A stretch of DNA of 64,000 nucleotides from Hyaloraphidium curvatum SAG 235-1 (GCA_025558095.1 JAIVFI010000004.1:806001-870000); one strand, 5' to 3'. Positions 1-12,697 are shown, counted from the first letter of the stretch. Numbers and translations are program-made. Notes: generated by a model not told the origin, from the sequence alone.

Positions 1-3000
1 AATCGCCGACCTCGAAGCCAGCATCGCGCGGTCGAAGGAGGAGTACGCAGCTCTCGTGACGGAACAGCAAGTCACCAAAGCGGAGATGGACCGCGTCACG
101 ACGAAGGTGACGCGCAGTCTCAAGTTGCTGGAGAACCTGTCGTCCGAGAAAGGTCGCTGGTCGGCAACGAGCGAGAACTTTGACGCCCAGCTCACAACTA
201 TCGTCGGCGACGTCATACTCGGGTCGGCCTTCCTCGCCTACGCCGGCTACTTTGACCAGTCGTACCGCGAGCAGCTCGTCTCGCTCTGGTGTGACCACTT
301 GGAGAAGGCCGGCATCCAGTTCAAGCAGGACATTTCCCTTTCGGAATTCCTTTCGACGGCCGAGGAGAGGCTCGGCTGGGTCGCAAACTCGTTGCCTGCC
401 GACGATCTTTGCACCGAGAACGCGATCATGCTCAAGAGGTTCAACCGGTTCCCGCTGATCATCGACCCGACCGGGCAGGCCACCACGTTCCTCCAGCAGG
501 AGTTCAAGGCGAGGAAGATGACCACTGCCAGCTTCCTGGACGACGCTTTCGTCAAGAACCTGGAGAGTGCCTTGCGCTTCGGCAACCCGCTCCTGGTCGA
601 GGACGTGGAGAGCTACGACCCCATCATGAACCCGGTGCTGAACCGGGAGCTGCGGCGCACCGGGGGCCGCGTTCTGATTCGGCTTGGGAGTCAGGAGATT
701 GACTTCTCGCCCTCGTTCACCGCCTTCCTCAGCACCCGGGATCCGTCGATCGACTTCCCGCCTGACCTGAGCAGCCGCGTCACCTTCGTCAACTTCACCA
801 TCACCAAGGCCAGCCTCCAGAGCCAGTGCCTGCACGAGGTCCTTAAGAGCGAGCGGGCCGACATTGACCAGAAGCGCACGGACCTCATCAAGCTCCAGGG
901 CGAGTTCCAGCTTCGCCTGCGCCAGCTCGAAAAGTCGCTCCTCCAATCTCTGAACGACAGCAAGGGCAACATCCTGGACGACGACGTCGTCATGACGACA
1001 CTGGAGACGCTGAAGCAGGAGGCCGCCGAGGTCGCGAGGAAGATGGAGGAGACGGACCGGGTTATGGCCGAGGTGGAGGCGGTAACGCGGATCTACACGC
1101 CCCTCGCCCAGGCCTGCAGCGCCGTCTACTTCGTCTTGGAACAGCTCGGCATGCTGAACCACTTCTACCGCTTCGATCTGGACTACTTCAACGGCATTTT
1201 CCACTCTGTGCTCTACGAGAACAAGAACCTCGACGGGGTCAAGGACCCGAAGGAACGCCTTGCGATTCTCACGACGGACCTCTTCATGGTCACCTACCGG
1301 AGGACGGCGGTGTCTTTGCTCCACGAGGATCGGGTGGCATTTGCCGTTCTCTTGTCCCAGATTGTGCTCAAGGGATCGCCCGATCAGCTCGAGGAATCGG
1401 AAATGGACCTCTTCCTGTCTTCGATCGACAGCCTCGGGACCCCGGTCACGCGGCAGGGCGTCGCGGACCTCGTGGCCATCTTGGGCATGGATGCGGCACA
1501 TCGGGTGCCGCGCTTGTCCGAGATGCCGGCTTTCAAAGAGCTTAGGGACCATGTTCGGTCGAACGGCGAGGCATGGCGGACTGCCATTCATTCGGCTGAG
1601 GCCGAACGTCTCGTGCCGCACTGCTGGAAGGGCACCGGAACACCGAGTAAGTGCCGCTCTGCGCTTGTCTTTTGCCGGCATGCTGAACCAATCTCTCGCA
1701 GTCGATAACGCCTTCAAGCGCGTGTTGATCGTCAAGTTCCTCAAGCCGGACCGGCTCGTCGCGGCAGTTACCGAGTTTCTTCATGTCGCGCTTGCCGGTG
1801 CTTCGCTCAACGCGGAAGTGAACCTGCAGGAGCTCGTGCTGCGCGAGGTCAAGTCGTCGACCCCGATTGCCTTCTGCTCGGTTCCTGGCTACGATGCCAG
1901 CTACCGCGTCGAAGCCTTTGCCCGGGAGAACGGCCGCAAGTTGTCGGCGGTCGCGCTCGGATCCGCGGAAGGTTTCGCTGCTTCCGAATCCGTCATCCTC
2001 TCGGCCGCCCGGAGCGGAGACTGGGTCCTGCTGAAGAACGTTCACCTGGCGCCGCAGTGGCTTGGACACCTCGAGAAGAGGCTTCACGCGCTCAAGCCGG
2101 AGCGGGACTTCCGCCTCTTCCTCACCATGGAAACCAACCCCTCCATCCCCACCAACCTTTTGCGCATGTCGCGGACGCTCATGTTCGAACCGCCGCCGGG
2201 GGTCAAGGCGAGCATGCTGGACACCCTCGCCGGCATCCACGGCCCGCGACACGGACGCAGCCCCGCGGAGCGCTCGCGCCTGTACTTCATGGTCGCCTGG
2301 CTCCACGCTGTGCTGCAGGAGCGCCTGCGGTACTCGCCGCTCGGCTGGACCAAGCAGTACGAGTTTACGGACGCGGACCAGGACACGGCCCTGGCCTGCG
2401 TGGACTACTGGCTCGACTCGGCCGCCGGCGGCCGGGCCAACGTGCCCCCCGAAAAGATACCCTGGCAGGCGATCCGCCGCCTGCTCAAGGAGACGGTATA
2501 CGGCGGCAAGATCGACAGCGAGTTCGACCAGCGCCTCCTGGACAGCCTGGTGGACGAGCTGTTCGTGCCGGCGTGCTTCGAGCTCGGGTTCAAGCTCGTC
2601 CGCGGGCCCGCGGAGGTCGCTGCCCCGGAAGGCGTCAAGTTTTCCGAGCTGGAAGGCTGGGTCCAGACCCTGCCGCCCCTGCAGCCGCCCTCGTGGCTCG
2701 GCCTTCCGGACAGCGCGGAGCTCGTCGTCATGGCGAACAAAGGTGGGTAGCTCCGGCGATCGGAGAGGAAGGCGGGCACTGAATTGATTTCCCAGGCAAC
2801 GAGCTCGTGCGCAAGGTCCGCAAGATCGCGTCGCTCGCGGACGACGAGGTCGTATACCCCAACCTGTCCGTCGAGGAGGGCTCCGCGGTGCCGTCGAGCT
2901 CGCGCACCATCCTTCTCGTCGTCGAGCGGTGGCTGGCGGCTTTGCCCGAGGTGCGCGCCTGCTTTCATGCTCGTGTGCGCTCTGTTGACCTTGCGACCCA

Positions 3001-3831
3001 GACTCTCGCCCAGCTTCCGGCTTCGAAGGACGCGGCAAAGGACCCGCTGCTGCGGTTCTTTGCCCGGGAGAACGCCACGGCGCGGCGCCTGCTCGAGACG
3101 GTGCGCAAGGACGTCAAGGAGCTGGCCGCGGTGTGCGCCGGCACGGCCAAGGGCACCAACCGGAGCCGGTCGCTGGCGGACTCGATCGCCAAAGGTGGGA
3201 GCTCGCGATCGGGTTCGCACGGGACGCCGCTGATCGTCCTTCAGATACCATACCCCCGCACTGGCTCGCCTACAAGGTCCCCCGCAGCATGACCCTCAAC
3301 TCCTTTGTCTCGGACCTCGTCCGGCGCTGCGGCGAGGCCTCCCGGCCGCCGTCCTCCTCGGCGCGGCTGGGCGGGCAGTTCTTCCCCGAGGCGCTCGTCA
3401 CGGCCACGCGGCAGCTCGCGGCGCAGCGCAACGGGTGGAGCGTGGAGGAGCTGGAGCTGGAGGTGGGGGTGCTCGCGGAAGGGGCGGCGCCGCCGGCGGA
3501 TGCGTTCGTTGTCGAGGGTGGGTGCGGATCGGGGCTTGCGGCGCAACCGACCGGGCTGACCGTTGCTTTGCGCCCGCCAGAGATGAAGCTCGAAGGCGCC
3601 GTCTGGCGCGAGGGTGCCGTCGAGCCCTCGGCCGAGGTGCAGACCGCGCTCCCGCCCGTGGCCCTGCGCTGGGTGCGGCGCGGGAAGCGGTCCGACGCGC
3701 AGCAAGGGGGCTCGCTCCCGGTCTATTTGAATTCGGACCGGGCGGAGCTGCTTTTCGAGGCGAGGCTGCCGACGAGGCGGATGAGCGGGGTGGAGGCGCT
3801 GCAGCGCGGGATCGCGATCGTGTGCCTGTGA
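1..3831 (+). CDS. DYN1: Cytoplasmic dynein heavy chain, 3' part (stalk CC2, AAA5, AAA6, C-terminal domain); 5'-truncated by window, multi-exon
   Basis: Motifs RFNRFPLIIDPTGQA, LESALRFGNPLLVEDVE, GDWVLLKNVHLA, YGGKIDSEFDQRLL and terminal LPVYLNSDRAELLF across consecutive ORFs; GT-AG introns at about 1647-1701, 2743-2795, 2951-3001, 3195-3244 and 3518-3580; stop TGA 3829-3831. Confidence 0.96.
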
Positions 3832-3877
3832 GCATGGAGACCGATGTAGAGAGAGAAGAGGCCAGACAAGGAGAAGC

Positions 3878-5155
3878 CTATGGTGCAAGTTCGAGCCTGC
3901 CCACGGCCCTCTCGATGGCCGCCAGCCACGCCCCCCTGCGCCCAAAGTACGCCGCGATGTGACCCCCCTTCTCCCACACCAGCTCGCTGTCCCCTTGTTC
4001 CGCGAACGCCTCCAACACGGCGTGCAGCTCCGCGCCGAGCTCCCCCCTGACGAACCGGTCGTGCCGCCTCGGTACCGAGACCAGCGCGCCAATGCCCGCC
4101 CCCTCCCGGCGCGCCAAAGCGTCCGCGAGGCGGGAGGTGTGGAACGAGGCGAGGAAGGCCGCGACGCGCTCCCGCACGTGGTCTTCGGTGGCATCCTCGG
4201 GCGGGACCGGGGGGAGCATGTTGCCCCGGGCGTCCTGGACGGCTGGGATCCCCCGGGTGCGGGCGTCGAGGAGGAGGGCGCGCCAGTGCACGTCCCCGCG
4301 GAGGATGCCGCCTGCGAAGACGCCCGCGGGGGAGGGGAAGCCCGAGTACGGGATGGCGGCGAGGCGCGAGCGGGGGACGAGGGCGGCGGCGGCGACCGAG
4401 GCATTGCCGGCGGTGCATCCGCCGAAGGAGAATCCGGTGAGGCCGATCGCGGACGGCGGCCAGAGGTGGTGCGCGAACGCGGCGAGGTGCGCGGCTTCGA
4501 CGGTCGCGGCTGTGCCCTGCGCGCCGAGCTCGCCGAGGGTGCGGAGGTGGTAGCCCCTGTAGCCTGCGGGGCACCGGGGGCCGTAGAAGGGCGCCGAGGG
4601 GAGGAAGGTTGCCCAGCCGCGGGTGCGGGCGAGGTGGAAGGGGATGTCGAGGCGCCGCCGCGGGGTGTGCTCGCCGGCGGCCGCGAGGGAGATGAGCACG
4701 GCGGGCGGGGCGCGGTGGGGAGACGCGCAGCTGGATGCGGTGCTGCGCTTGCCGGCGCGGGCGAGCACGTCGGCGGCGTGGTCGGTGCCGGCGGGCACGA
4801 CGAGCAGGAAGGGGACGGTGCGCGAGGCGTCGGGCAGGATCGACGCCGCGGGCGAGGGGAACTCGCCCTCCCATACCTCGACACCGTCGCTCTTTGCCCA
4901 CGACAGCGACAGCGGCGGCGGGCCGGGCAGCTTGGCCAGTTTGAGGAGGGTGAACTCGCCCATCCGCAGTTGCTGTTCCGCGCCGTCCGAGCCGGCGACC
5001 CAGTCGACCAGCAGGTTGCAGTACTGCTGCACGGCCTCGGGGTCGCCGAAACCCCCCGAAAAGAAGAACGGCCGCGTGGGCGAGAGCCGCAGCAGGTGGT
5101 ACACCCCGTCCAGCGACCCCAGCGCCGCCGACGCGAGGTGCGTCCGCCGGGGCAT
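3878..5155 (-). CDS. ABHD18/DUF2048-like alpha/beta hydrolase
   Basis: ATG at 5155 (MPRRTHLA); N-terminal LDGVYH..FFSGGFG, PFYGPRCP, nucleophile elbow GFSFGG and C-terminal GGHIAAY, as in the ABHD18 family. Confidence 0.8.
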   Translation of the reverse strand: MPRRTHLASAALGSLDGVYHLLRLSPTRPFFFSGGFGDPEAVQQYCNLLVDWVAGSDGAEQQLRMGEFTLLKLAKLPGPPPLSLSWAKSDGVEVWEGEFPSPAASILPDASRTVPFLLVVPAGTDHAADVLARAGKRSTASSCASPHRAPPAVLISLAAAGEHTPRRRLDIPFHLARTRGWATFLPSAPFYGPRCPAGYRGYHLRTLGELGAQGTAATVEAAHLAAFAHHLWPPSAIGLTGFSFGGCTAGNASVAAAALVPRSRLAAIPYSGFPSPAGVFAGGILRGDVHWRALLLDARTRGIPAVQDARGNMLPPVPPEDATEDHVRERVAAFLASFHTSRLADALARREGAGIGALVSVPRRHDRFVRGELGAELHAVLEAFAEQGDSELVWEKGGHIAAYFGRRGAWLAAIERAVGRLELAP

Positions 5156-5296
5156 TGCGTGAACGACTGTCAGCAGAGACCTGGCTATTGGCTCCTCCAA
5201 GTCCCGTATTCTGCGTGTTGTCCCCCGCGAGGTCGCAGCGTCTCCAAAATCGATCGAAATCGTGGCAAGGGGTTTCGCGCCCGCACGTAGTCCAAG

Positions 5297-7190
5297 ATGC
5301 GCCTCCATTTCCTGCTCCTGCTGGCGCTCGCCGGTGCCGCGTCCGCGCAGGAGACGTGGTGCGGCAAACGCTACAAGACGCCCGACGGGAAGGACCCGCC
5401 ACCGTCGCACGACCCGTTCCGCCGCGTGTCCCATCCCGACGCGTCGCCCAAACACGGAGAGCGCCCGGCGCTGGTGCTGCAGAAGGACTCGCACGCCCTG
5501 GGCGCGCGGGCCGCGTGTAATTTGTCGGACGAGTGTGCGCTGGGCGGTCTCGTGGGAAATCGGGGGAGGAATGCCGAGTTCAACGTCGCGGCGCGGATGC
5601 TGCCGTACAGCTGGGAGTCGCGGGGCTCGCTGCTGTTTGAGCTGGACGACAAAATGCTCGAATCTACGGAGGGCTCTGCGGAGGGCGAACTGGGAGGGGA
5701 ATCGCGGGCTTTGGGCCACGACGTCGAGGTGGACGCCGTGCGCGAGGACGACCCCTCTTCGGGGCTCGTCGAGCGCACCCGCGTTTCGCGCGGCAAGCTC
5801 CACGAACTCCCCTTCGACCTCGACCGCGCCGTCGCCGCCCCCTCCGGCGCCGCCGACGCCTCCGCCGGCCGCATCCTGGTGCGCGTGTTCGACCCTCCCG
5901 CCTCGGCGCACCCCGCGCGCGAACGCACGGTGCCGGTCCTGCGGGTGCGCCCGCGCCATCCGCGGGGAGGGAGCATCGTCAAGATCGACGGGCTGTACCG
6001 GGCGTCGTTCGCGGATGCCGACGACGGGCAGGGTTCCGTGCCCTTCCTGGGGTTCGGCGGGATGACCTCGGGCGAGTGGGTGCTCGGGAACGCGTCCGAA
6101 TCGATGCGGAGCTTTCGCGAGCGCGGGCTGAGCATGGTGCACGTCGTCCCCGGTGGGTCCTCCGTTGGCGCTCGCGTCTCGTAGTCGTCTTCGCTCATTT
6201 CTGCGTCGCTCCTCCTTCCCGTTGAAGGCGGCCCACTGACCGACGCCGCCCCCTGGCGCGCCCTCTTCGACGCCGCGCACGCCAACGGCCTCCGCGTGCA
6301 GTACAACCTCCGCCACACGTACCGGAACCTCTCCCAGCTCCTCCGCGAGGTCCGCGAGTTCCGCGACCACCCGGCGCTGCACTCGTGGTACACCGCCGAC
6401 GAGCCCGACGGCTTCGACGAGGCGAGTCCTCCGCTATTCCGGTTACCCTTTTGCTCACGCTTCGGTCCAGGACGAGCGGTACCCCCGCCTCGCGTACGAG
6501 CTCTGCCGTCGCGAGGACCCGCACCACCCCGTCGCCCTCGTCCTCAACTGCCGCGACTTCCGCACCGCCGATTTCGTCCCCGCCGCCGACATCCTCTACG
6601 CCGACCCGTACCCCATCGGCGTGGACTGCTCCCGCTGCGACGCGGGGTTCGGATGCTGTGGGTGCGACATGTGCGCCCCCTCGGGCGGGGTAAGGGAGGT
6701 CGCGCTGCGCACCGGGAGAATGGTGGACGCGATGCGGGGCAAGTTCGGCCCGGCGTGGATCGTGGTGCAGGCCTTCGGCCCGGAATCGTGGTGGTCCCGC
6801 CACCCCACCCCCGCCGAACTCCGGGCGATGGTGTACCTCGCGCTGGCGGAGGGTGCGACGGGGATCTCGTGGTGGATCTCGCCGTCCCCGCTCGAGGGGG
6901 AGCTCGGCGCGATCGCCGGGGAGGTAAGGGGCTTCGCGGCGAGGAGGCTCGGGTCGCTGCCCTTCCCCGTGCGGAGCAAGGGCAGGCAGGTGCATGCGGC
7001 GGCGTGGGAGGGCGGCGATGGGGGGTTGCTGGTGGTGGCGGTGAACGCGGGGGAGGGGAGGGTGCGGGCGGAGCTGGACGGACTGCCGCGCGGGACGGTC
7101 GAGGTGCTGGTTGGGCCCGAGCCGGAAAAGGGGCACAAGGTGGTGTTGGAGGCGCTGGGGGTCAGCGTGTTTGTCGTTCACCGCAAGTGA
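5297..7190 (+). CDS. Secreted glycoside-hydrolase-like (TIM barrel) protein of an uncharacterised fungal family
   Basis: Signal peptide MRLHFLLLLALAGAASAQ, WCGKRY, HPALHSWYTADEPDG, DPHHPVALVLNC, DPYPIG, CCGCDMC, WIVVQAFG; introns near 6153-6227 and at 6422-6470. Confidence 0.75.
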
Positions 7191-7224
7191 TGTTATGTAC
7201 ATGGCCAATCGATTTGCACCGCCG

Positions 7225-7328
7225 AAGACTTCGGATTCTGGGCGACCACGTCTCTATCCATGATGAACTCGGCGACCGTCTTCTTTAGGTCCGGATCGGC
7301 GCAGACTACCAGCGCCCCCCTGCCGAGG
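7225..7328 (-). pseudogene. Degenerate duplicate of the 3' end of the SDR gene at 9275-10072
   Basis: Translates LGRGALVVCADPDLKKTVAEFIMDRDVVAQNPK vs LGRGPLVVCADPDLKKTVAEFMERDVVAKNPKL; DNA closely similar to about 9280-9377; the rest of the gene is absent. Confidence 0.85.
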
Positions 7329-7897
7329 AGCAGAGTCTGCTGCTTCTGCTCCGCGGCATCGTCGTGCACGTCCGAATCCGGGTCGCAGTTGGTCCCGGCC
7401 GTCGCGCACATCAACACCGGGCGCCGAGTCTCCTTCACTGCTCCGTTCGCGCCTTGGAGATGATGCGCAGGCAATGTACAAATCTCCTTGAAACGATGCT
7501 CGTTGCGTCCTTACAGAGACGTTCCGACCCCGTTGCACGCGGCGGTCCGCCAACAGCATCCCCGGGGAGTGCAATCCGCCCGTGCTTGATCGATGCTACC
7601 CGTTTCTGTCGTAGGAGTCGAGGACCCGAAATCATGCCGATGCGGGCTCCGACCGGCGGCTCCGACCGGTTGGGCACTGCCATTTGGGAAGGCCCCGTCA
7701 GGTGCCGCGGTGTAACGGCGGGGACCGGGAGGAGGCGTCCGTTGATGCCCAAGATGCCGTTTCCTGCAGGGTTTCCCCGGAGCCCATCAACCGGCCTGGA
7801 AAGCTCCCCATTGCGTCACTGCATCCGTCAGCCAACAGGGACACAAAAGAGAGCCATAGGATTCCCACAATCTGCCCGACCTCGAACGCCCCTGGCG

Positions 7898-8605
7898 ATG
7901 CGCGCCGCCCTGATTCTCGCCGTCCTGTGCGCGGCCTTTGCCCTCGTCGTTGCTGTCCCCGCGTGGGTCCCGCCGCGCGGTGTTCTGTTCCGCGGACCCT
8001 TGACTCACGCCCCTCCCCCCAGCAACCGCGGCGAACGCGTGGTCTTTGCCCGCAGCTGCTCCGAGTGCGACCCCGGGGCATACTGGTACGCTGCTCGCCC
8101 GCCATCTCCGCCCTCCGCTGAGCCCTTTCCCGCGCCCGCCAGCGAGTTCGCCCGCCCATCGGCCCCCGCCGACCACATCGCCTGCGTCACCAACCCCTCG
8201 TCGCGCTCCCTCCTCCGCCGCTACTGCTCGGGCGCGTGGACCACCGTGACCCTCGGCACCAACGAGGGGTGCGCCGGTGCCGGAGACCCGGAGACCCTCG
8301 GCGAGGCTTCGTCTCTGGCCGACCTGCTCGATTACGACTACCCCAAAACGTGCAAGGAGTACTGCGACGCCGAGACCTTGAACTCGCCCAGCGTCGTCGC
8401 CGAACTGCGGTGGGACAGCAACGTGGGTGCCCGCCTGCCCCCCGCGCGCGCCCCCGCCGTGCCGCTGACGGCGCCACGCGCACCGCCGCAGGATCAAGTC
8501 AACTGCTTGTGCTCCGCTGAAACGACTTGCACAATCACGCCGGTGTCGGGGACCTTCACTGTCCTCGGCGGCTATGCTTTCGTCAACGCGGGGGGCTGCA
8601 ACTGA
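7898..8605 (+). CDS. Small secreted cysteine-rich protein (multi-exon)
   Basis: Signal peptide MRAALILAVLCAAFALVVA; about 10 Cys (CSECDPG, CKEYCD, CLCS, GGCN*); likely GT-AG introns near 7963-8022, 8086-8142, 8423-8491. Confidence 0.6.
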   Translation: MRAALILAVLCAAFALVVAVPAWVPPRGVLFRGPLTHAPPPSNRGERVVFARSCSECDPGAYWYAARPPSPPSAEPFPAPASEFARPSAPADHIACVTNPSSRSLLRRYCSGAWTTVTLGTNEGCAGAGDPETLGEASSLADLLDYDYPKTCKEYCDAETLNSPSVVAELRWDSNVGARLPPARAPAVPLTAPRAPPQDQVNCLCSAETTCTITPVSGTFTVLGGYAFVNAGGCN

Positions 8606-9274
8606 GGAGCCCGCCCGCGGCCTGCCCCGGAACCGGCCTCCACGTCATCGTGGTCGTTCTGTACACCATCACACCATCGAGCATCATTAGCCGTCCCGTT
8701 TTCTTTCGCCAATAGGACAGTAGACACACTTACATCCCGCTGCCTCGCTCGCCCCTTTGCGCTGCATCCACCCATACAACCTGAACCCGGCAACCTATCC
8801 CGTCCTCTTCCGCGCTTTAGTTTTCCAGGAGGTCGGCCGGGTGCTTCGTCATTGTCCCACCGAGGCGGCGGGATTCGAAGCCGGCGCAAAAGCCGGTATC
8901 TTCCCCGATTGCACATCCTCGGTCCGGCACTATGTTGGCCGGGCCGATCAGCGGCCAGGGTGTTTCGAGGTTTGCCGCTCGCGCGGCCCGGCTCTGTCTC
9001 CGTTCCGCAAAAGATCATAGCGCTATACCGCGCACCCGGAGCGGCCGTCTGCAGCGGAATCCCGACCATGTCAGCACTGGAATTTGAAGAACGTCCACGG
9101 GCCTTGGGGGCGCCGGGCCAGGAGGCGTTCTGGGCGAGAACGGGGCACCCGGTAGCGAGGCTGGGTTCTCGGCGGCGATGTGGTTCCTGGGGGGCATGCG
9201 TGATACCGGGTCTGTCTCCTTGCTCATCGCCTTGAGCTCCTCGATCGCTAATTGCACCTTTGAGTTACATTCCG

Positions 9275-10072
9275 TCACAACTTAGGGTTCTTCGCGACCA
9301 CGTCTCTCTCCATGAACTCGGCGACCGTCTTCTTCAGGTCCGGATCGGCGCAGACCACCAGCGGCCCCCTGCCGAGGTGCTTCATGAGCAGCGCGGCCAC
9401 CTGCTCGGCCGTGTCGGCGACAAAGTCGAACTTGGGCAGCTCGCCCCTGGCCCTGGCGCCCTTGCGGCCCCACGTCATGGCGGCGCGGGGGAAGGCGGTG
9501 TCGGTGAGCCGCGGGGCGAGCATTTGGACGGTGACGCCGTGCGGGGCGAGGTACGAGGCGTAGGTCCTGCACAAGCCTAGCACGGCATGCTTTGAGGCAA
9601 CGTAGGGCGCGTCCATCCCCCCTTCGCTCCCATAGAACGAGTTCGTTGACCCCGTCACGACGACGTGCGCGCCGCCCGAGGAGACCAGCGACGGGAGGAA
9701 CGCCTGCAGCCCGCGGACGACGCCGAACACGTTCACGTCGAACAACTTTTGCCATTGTTCGAGCGGGATCAGCTCCAGCCGCCCGCCTGCTCCCAGCCCG
9801 GCGTTGAGGTGGAGCACCGACACCTTGCCCATGGCGGCCGCGGCGTCGGCCAGACGGGTGCCGCTGTCGGCGGCGGTCACGTCGCACACGATCGTGCGCA
9901 CGTCGCCTCCGGCCGCACGCACGCGTTCGGCGGCGCGCTCCAGCGATGCGGCATCGACGTCTGCGAGGAGTACCGACGCGCCGCGGCGGGCGTACTCGAT
10001 GGCGCAGGCGAGCCCGATCCCGTTGGCGGAGCCCGTGACGACGGCGACGGTGCCCTTCTTGAGGTGGCTCAT
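9275..10072 (-). CDS. Short-chain dehydrogenase/reductase (classical SDR), intronless
   Basis: VVTGSANGIG, HLNAG, catalytic YVASK; ends PKL. Confidence 0.92.
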   Translation of the reverse strand: MSHLKKGTVAVVTGSANGIGLACAIEYARRGASVLLADVDAASLERAAERVRAAGGDVRTIVCDVTAADSGTRLADAAAAMGKVSVLHLNAGLGAGGRLELIPLEQWQKLFDVNVFGVVRGLQAFLPSLVSSGGAHVVVTGSTNSFYGSEGGMDAPYVASKHAVLGLCRTYASYLAPHGVTVQMLAPRLTDTAFPRAAMTWGRKGARARGELPKFDFVADTAEQVAALLMKHLGRGPLVVCADPDLKKTVAEFMERDVVAKNPKL

Positions 10073-10320
10073 CGTGCTTTGGGCGATTCACAATGGAGAG
10101 GTGGCCGGCACGCGTTCGAGGAGGTCCGGGAGACACCGGCGATCGTTGTTTACGCACGGGTGCCCGTGCTCGACTCGACTACCCGTTTTCTCGTCCAAGC
10201 TACTTAGCTAGTACATCCACGCATCCAATGGAACTCTAGCCTGCTCTGCGAAATAGATTATGTGCGGCATTCTAGCACGAGCCCGCAATGCAACTGGGTT
10301 GCCGACACGCTTTTTGCAGC

Positions 10321-12697
10321 CTACGGCGAGCCCGCGATGCCGACGCGGTTGCCCACACGCACGACGGTCTCGAGCGCCTTTGCGCTGTTGGCCACGAGGT
10401 CCTGGTCCAGTGTCACGATACCTTTCTTGACCAGGAGGATGACTTGGGATCGGGACGTCAGATGGTGCTCGCTGGCCTCCACGGGAGCAGGCAACCCACC
10501 GGTGGAGCCGCCAAACTTGAACAGCCCCATCTCGTCCATCCTCCCGACCTGCTGGCCCTCCTTGACCAGCCAGACGATGCTCCCGACCATCATCGCGCCA
10601 ACGGCCACCACCGCCACGCGGCCAAACGTCGGAGAGTTCACGTAGCACACCTCCCGCACGTTCTCGCCAAACACGTTGACGGTCGAGCGCACCGCCATGG
10701 GGTTGACGGTGTAGTAGTGCCCCGGGATCCGCACGGGCACGATCTTGTCCACGCGGCCGTCGACGGGGCAGTGCCAGCGGTGGTAGTCCTGGGGGGCCAG
10801 CCGGTGGATCACCATCGTGCAGTCCTGGAACTCCTTGGATATCTTGGCGTCCCCGCCGAGCAGCTGGAACACGGTGAAGTCGGTCCCCTTGACCCAGATC
10901 TTGGTGGCCTCCGTAACGGTCGGGAAGCACGTGAGCCTGCAGTCCGCGGCAGAGACGAGCACCTTAGGATCGCCCGGCGAGTCCAGCTTCCGCATGCCCG
11001 GCTTCAGCCCGCGGGAAAAGAAGTCGTTCATGTTGGCGTACTCCGACAGGGGCTTGGCGATCTCGTCCACGTCAATCGAGTAGGTCTTGATAAAGTCCGG
11101 AATCTCGGCCTTGCTTGCCGGGTCGTCGTACAGCGGGCCGTGCGCCATCGTCGCGCTCTTGAGCGCGTTCTCCACCGTCGCCATCTCGACGGCGCTGCGG
11201 CTGACCCGGTTCCGGTACAAAAGCTGGATTCCCAGCCGTACGTAGGACGGTATGTACTCCTCCTCCAGCCGGCCCGTCTCGCGGTTCTGCACCAGGATGT
11301 GGCCCTCCACGGAACCGACCTTGTACGTGCCGAAGCCGAACCTGGTGAGCAGGTAGGTCGACCACGAGGTGTAGAGCCCGCGGGCGGCGGCGTCCTCGGT
11401 GAGGTACGTCGACGTCGAAAACCTGGATGCCGACGCGCACACGAGCAGGTGGTCCATCTGCTGTGCGGCGAGGGGCAGGGAGGATGTCGGGTCCGCGTCG
11501 GGAAAGGGGAGCCCGCACGAGATGCAGGTGGGTGCGGGCGGGGCGGCGCCGCCCGCGGGGCGCTTGAGCGAGCCGAGGCTACCCAGGACTTTCTTCTTGA
11601 CGGATCCCGTAGCTCCGGATGCGGCTGCCGCGTCCGTGGCTGCTGGATCGAGCACCCAATCACGCTGGTACCAGGCCTCGACAAACTCGTCGACGGGCAT
11701 CTCGTCGCGGTTCCCGAAAATAGATTCCACGTTCCCGTCGCGGTAGAACGGGCCCAGGTTCTCGTGGTCGAGCAGCATCGCGTCGGCGACCGTCACGTGG
11801 GTAAGGGGCCGCAACGGGGGCGGTGTGGGCGTCGGGGCGGGGGAGATGGCGGCTTTCTTCGCCAGAGGATGGTTGTCCGACCGGGTGGAATGCAGGATGG
11901 TGAGAAGCAGGTTTCGAAGCAGGTGCACCCGGGGCGTGAAGCCCGCCCGGACGTTGAGCACGATCGGAGGGAGCTTCTCGACCGTCCCATCGGGCTTGAC
12001 CACGGGAGGCTGCTGTACCTCCAGCCTCCTGTCCTTCATCTTGGGCAACCGCAGCCCCGGGGCCCGCACGGGGCGCACACCAGGACCTGGAGCCTGGGGA
12101 TGGCCCACATCCGAGTCGTCGGTCTCCCAGTAGTCCTTGGCGTCACGCTGCGCCTGGTCCACGATGTCCGCGATCTCCACCGAGAGGTCCGTGCCGATGG
12201 CTTCGTTGTCGCCCGTCACATGGTGATCCCGGAGGGCGAAAACGACGTCGAAAGCCACGGCCTGCTGGAGCACCGCGAAATCGGGCACTGTCTCCGCGAC
12301 GAGCACCTTGGCCGGGCCGGTGCCGGGTTCCTGCGCGTACGAATTGGTCTTGAAGCTCCGAGCACCTAACGAGACGACCACAAAGGGCGTCCAGCGGCGC
12401 GCCGGTTCGCGAAAGACCGTGCTGGCGATCCTCGAGAGGTGTTGCCGCTCCGGGAGGTTCTCGATGCTTACGACTGCAACGCGCCGGTCAGCAGGCGGAA
12501 GAACGTCGAGCCGCTCGTGACCCGCTTTCTATCTTTAAGGACCCAAGGAGCTCCCCGGGGATCATCTCTCTCTTCTCCGGGCCGCCTTCCGGGATCGGTT
12601 TCGCGGGCTCGGTCTCGGCGAGGTTGTCGAGGCCCAGGCGCGCGAACTGGGCCTCGAGGGTGCCCGCCTCGGTGAGGGCCGCTTCCGAAGTGGCCAT
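10321..12697 (-). CDS. PSD2: Phosphatidylserine decarboxylase proenzyme, type 2 (C2-domain containing)
   Basis: NMNDFFSRGLKPGMR, SAADCR, HRLAPQDYHRWHCPVDG, YYTVNPMAVR, VGAMMVGSI and self-cleavage FGGST(V) once the intron at about 10444-10499 is removed; N-terminal PFVVVSLG C2-like strand; probable ATG at 12697 (MATSEAA). Confidence 0.92.

Noticed and set aside
3241-6382. Many long overlapping ORFs (e.g. 3241-4884, 3723-5402, and the upstream part of 3878-6382)
   Set aside because: Arg/Pro/Ala-rich shadow or antisense frames, expected at this GC content; the real genes are explained by other frames
10288-12369. 693-aa plus-strand ORF
   Set aside because: Antisense mirror of PSD2 with no independent motifs
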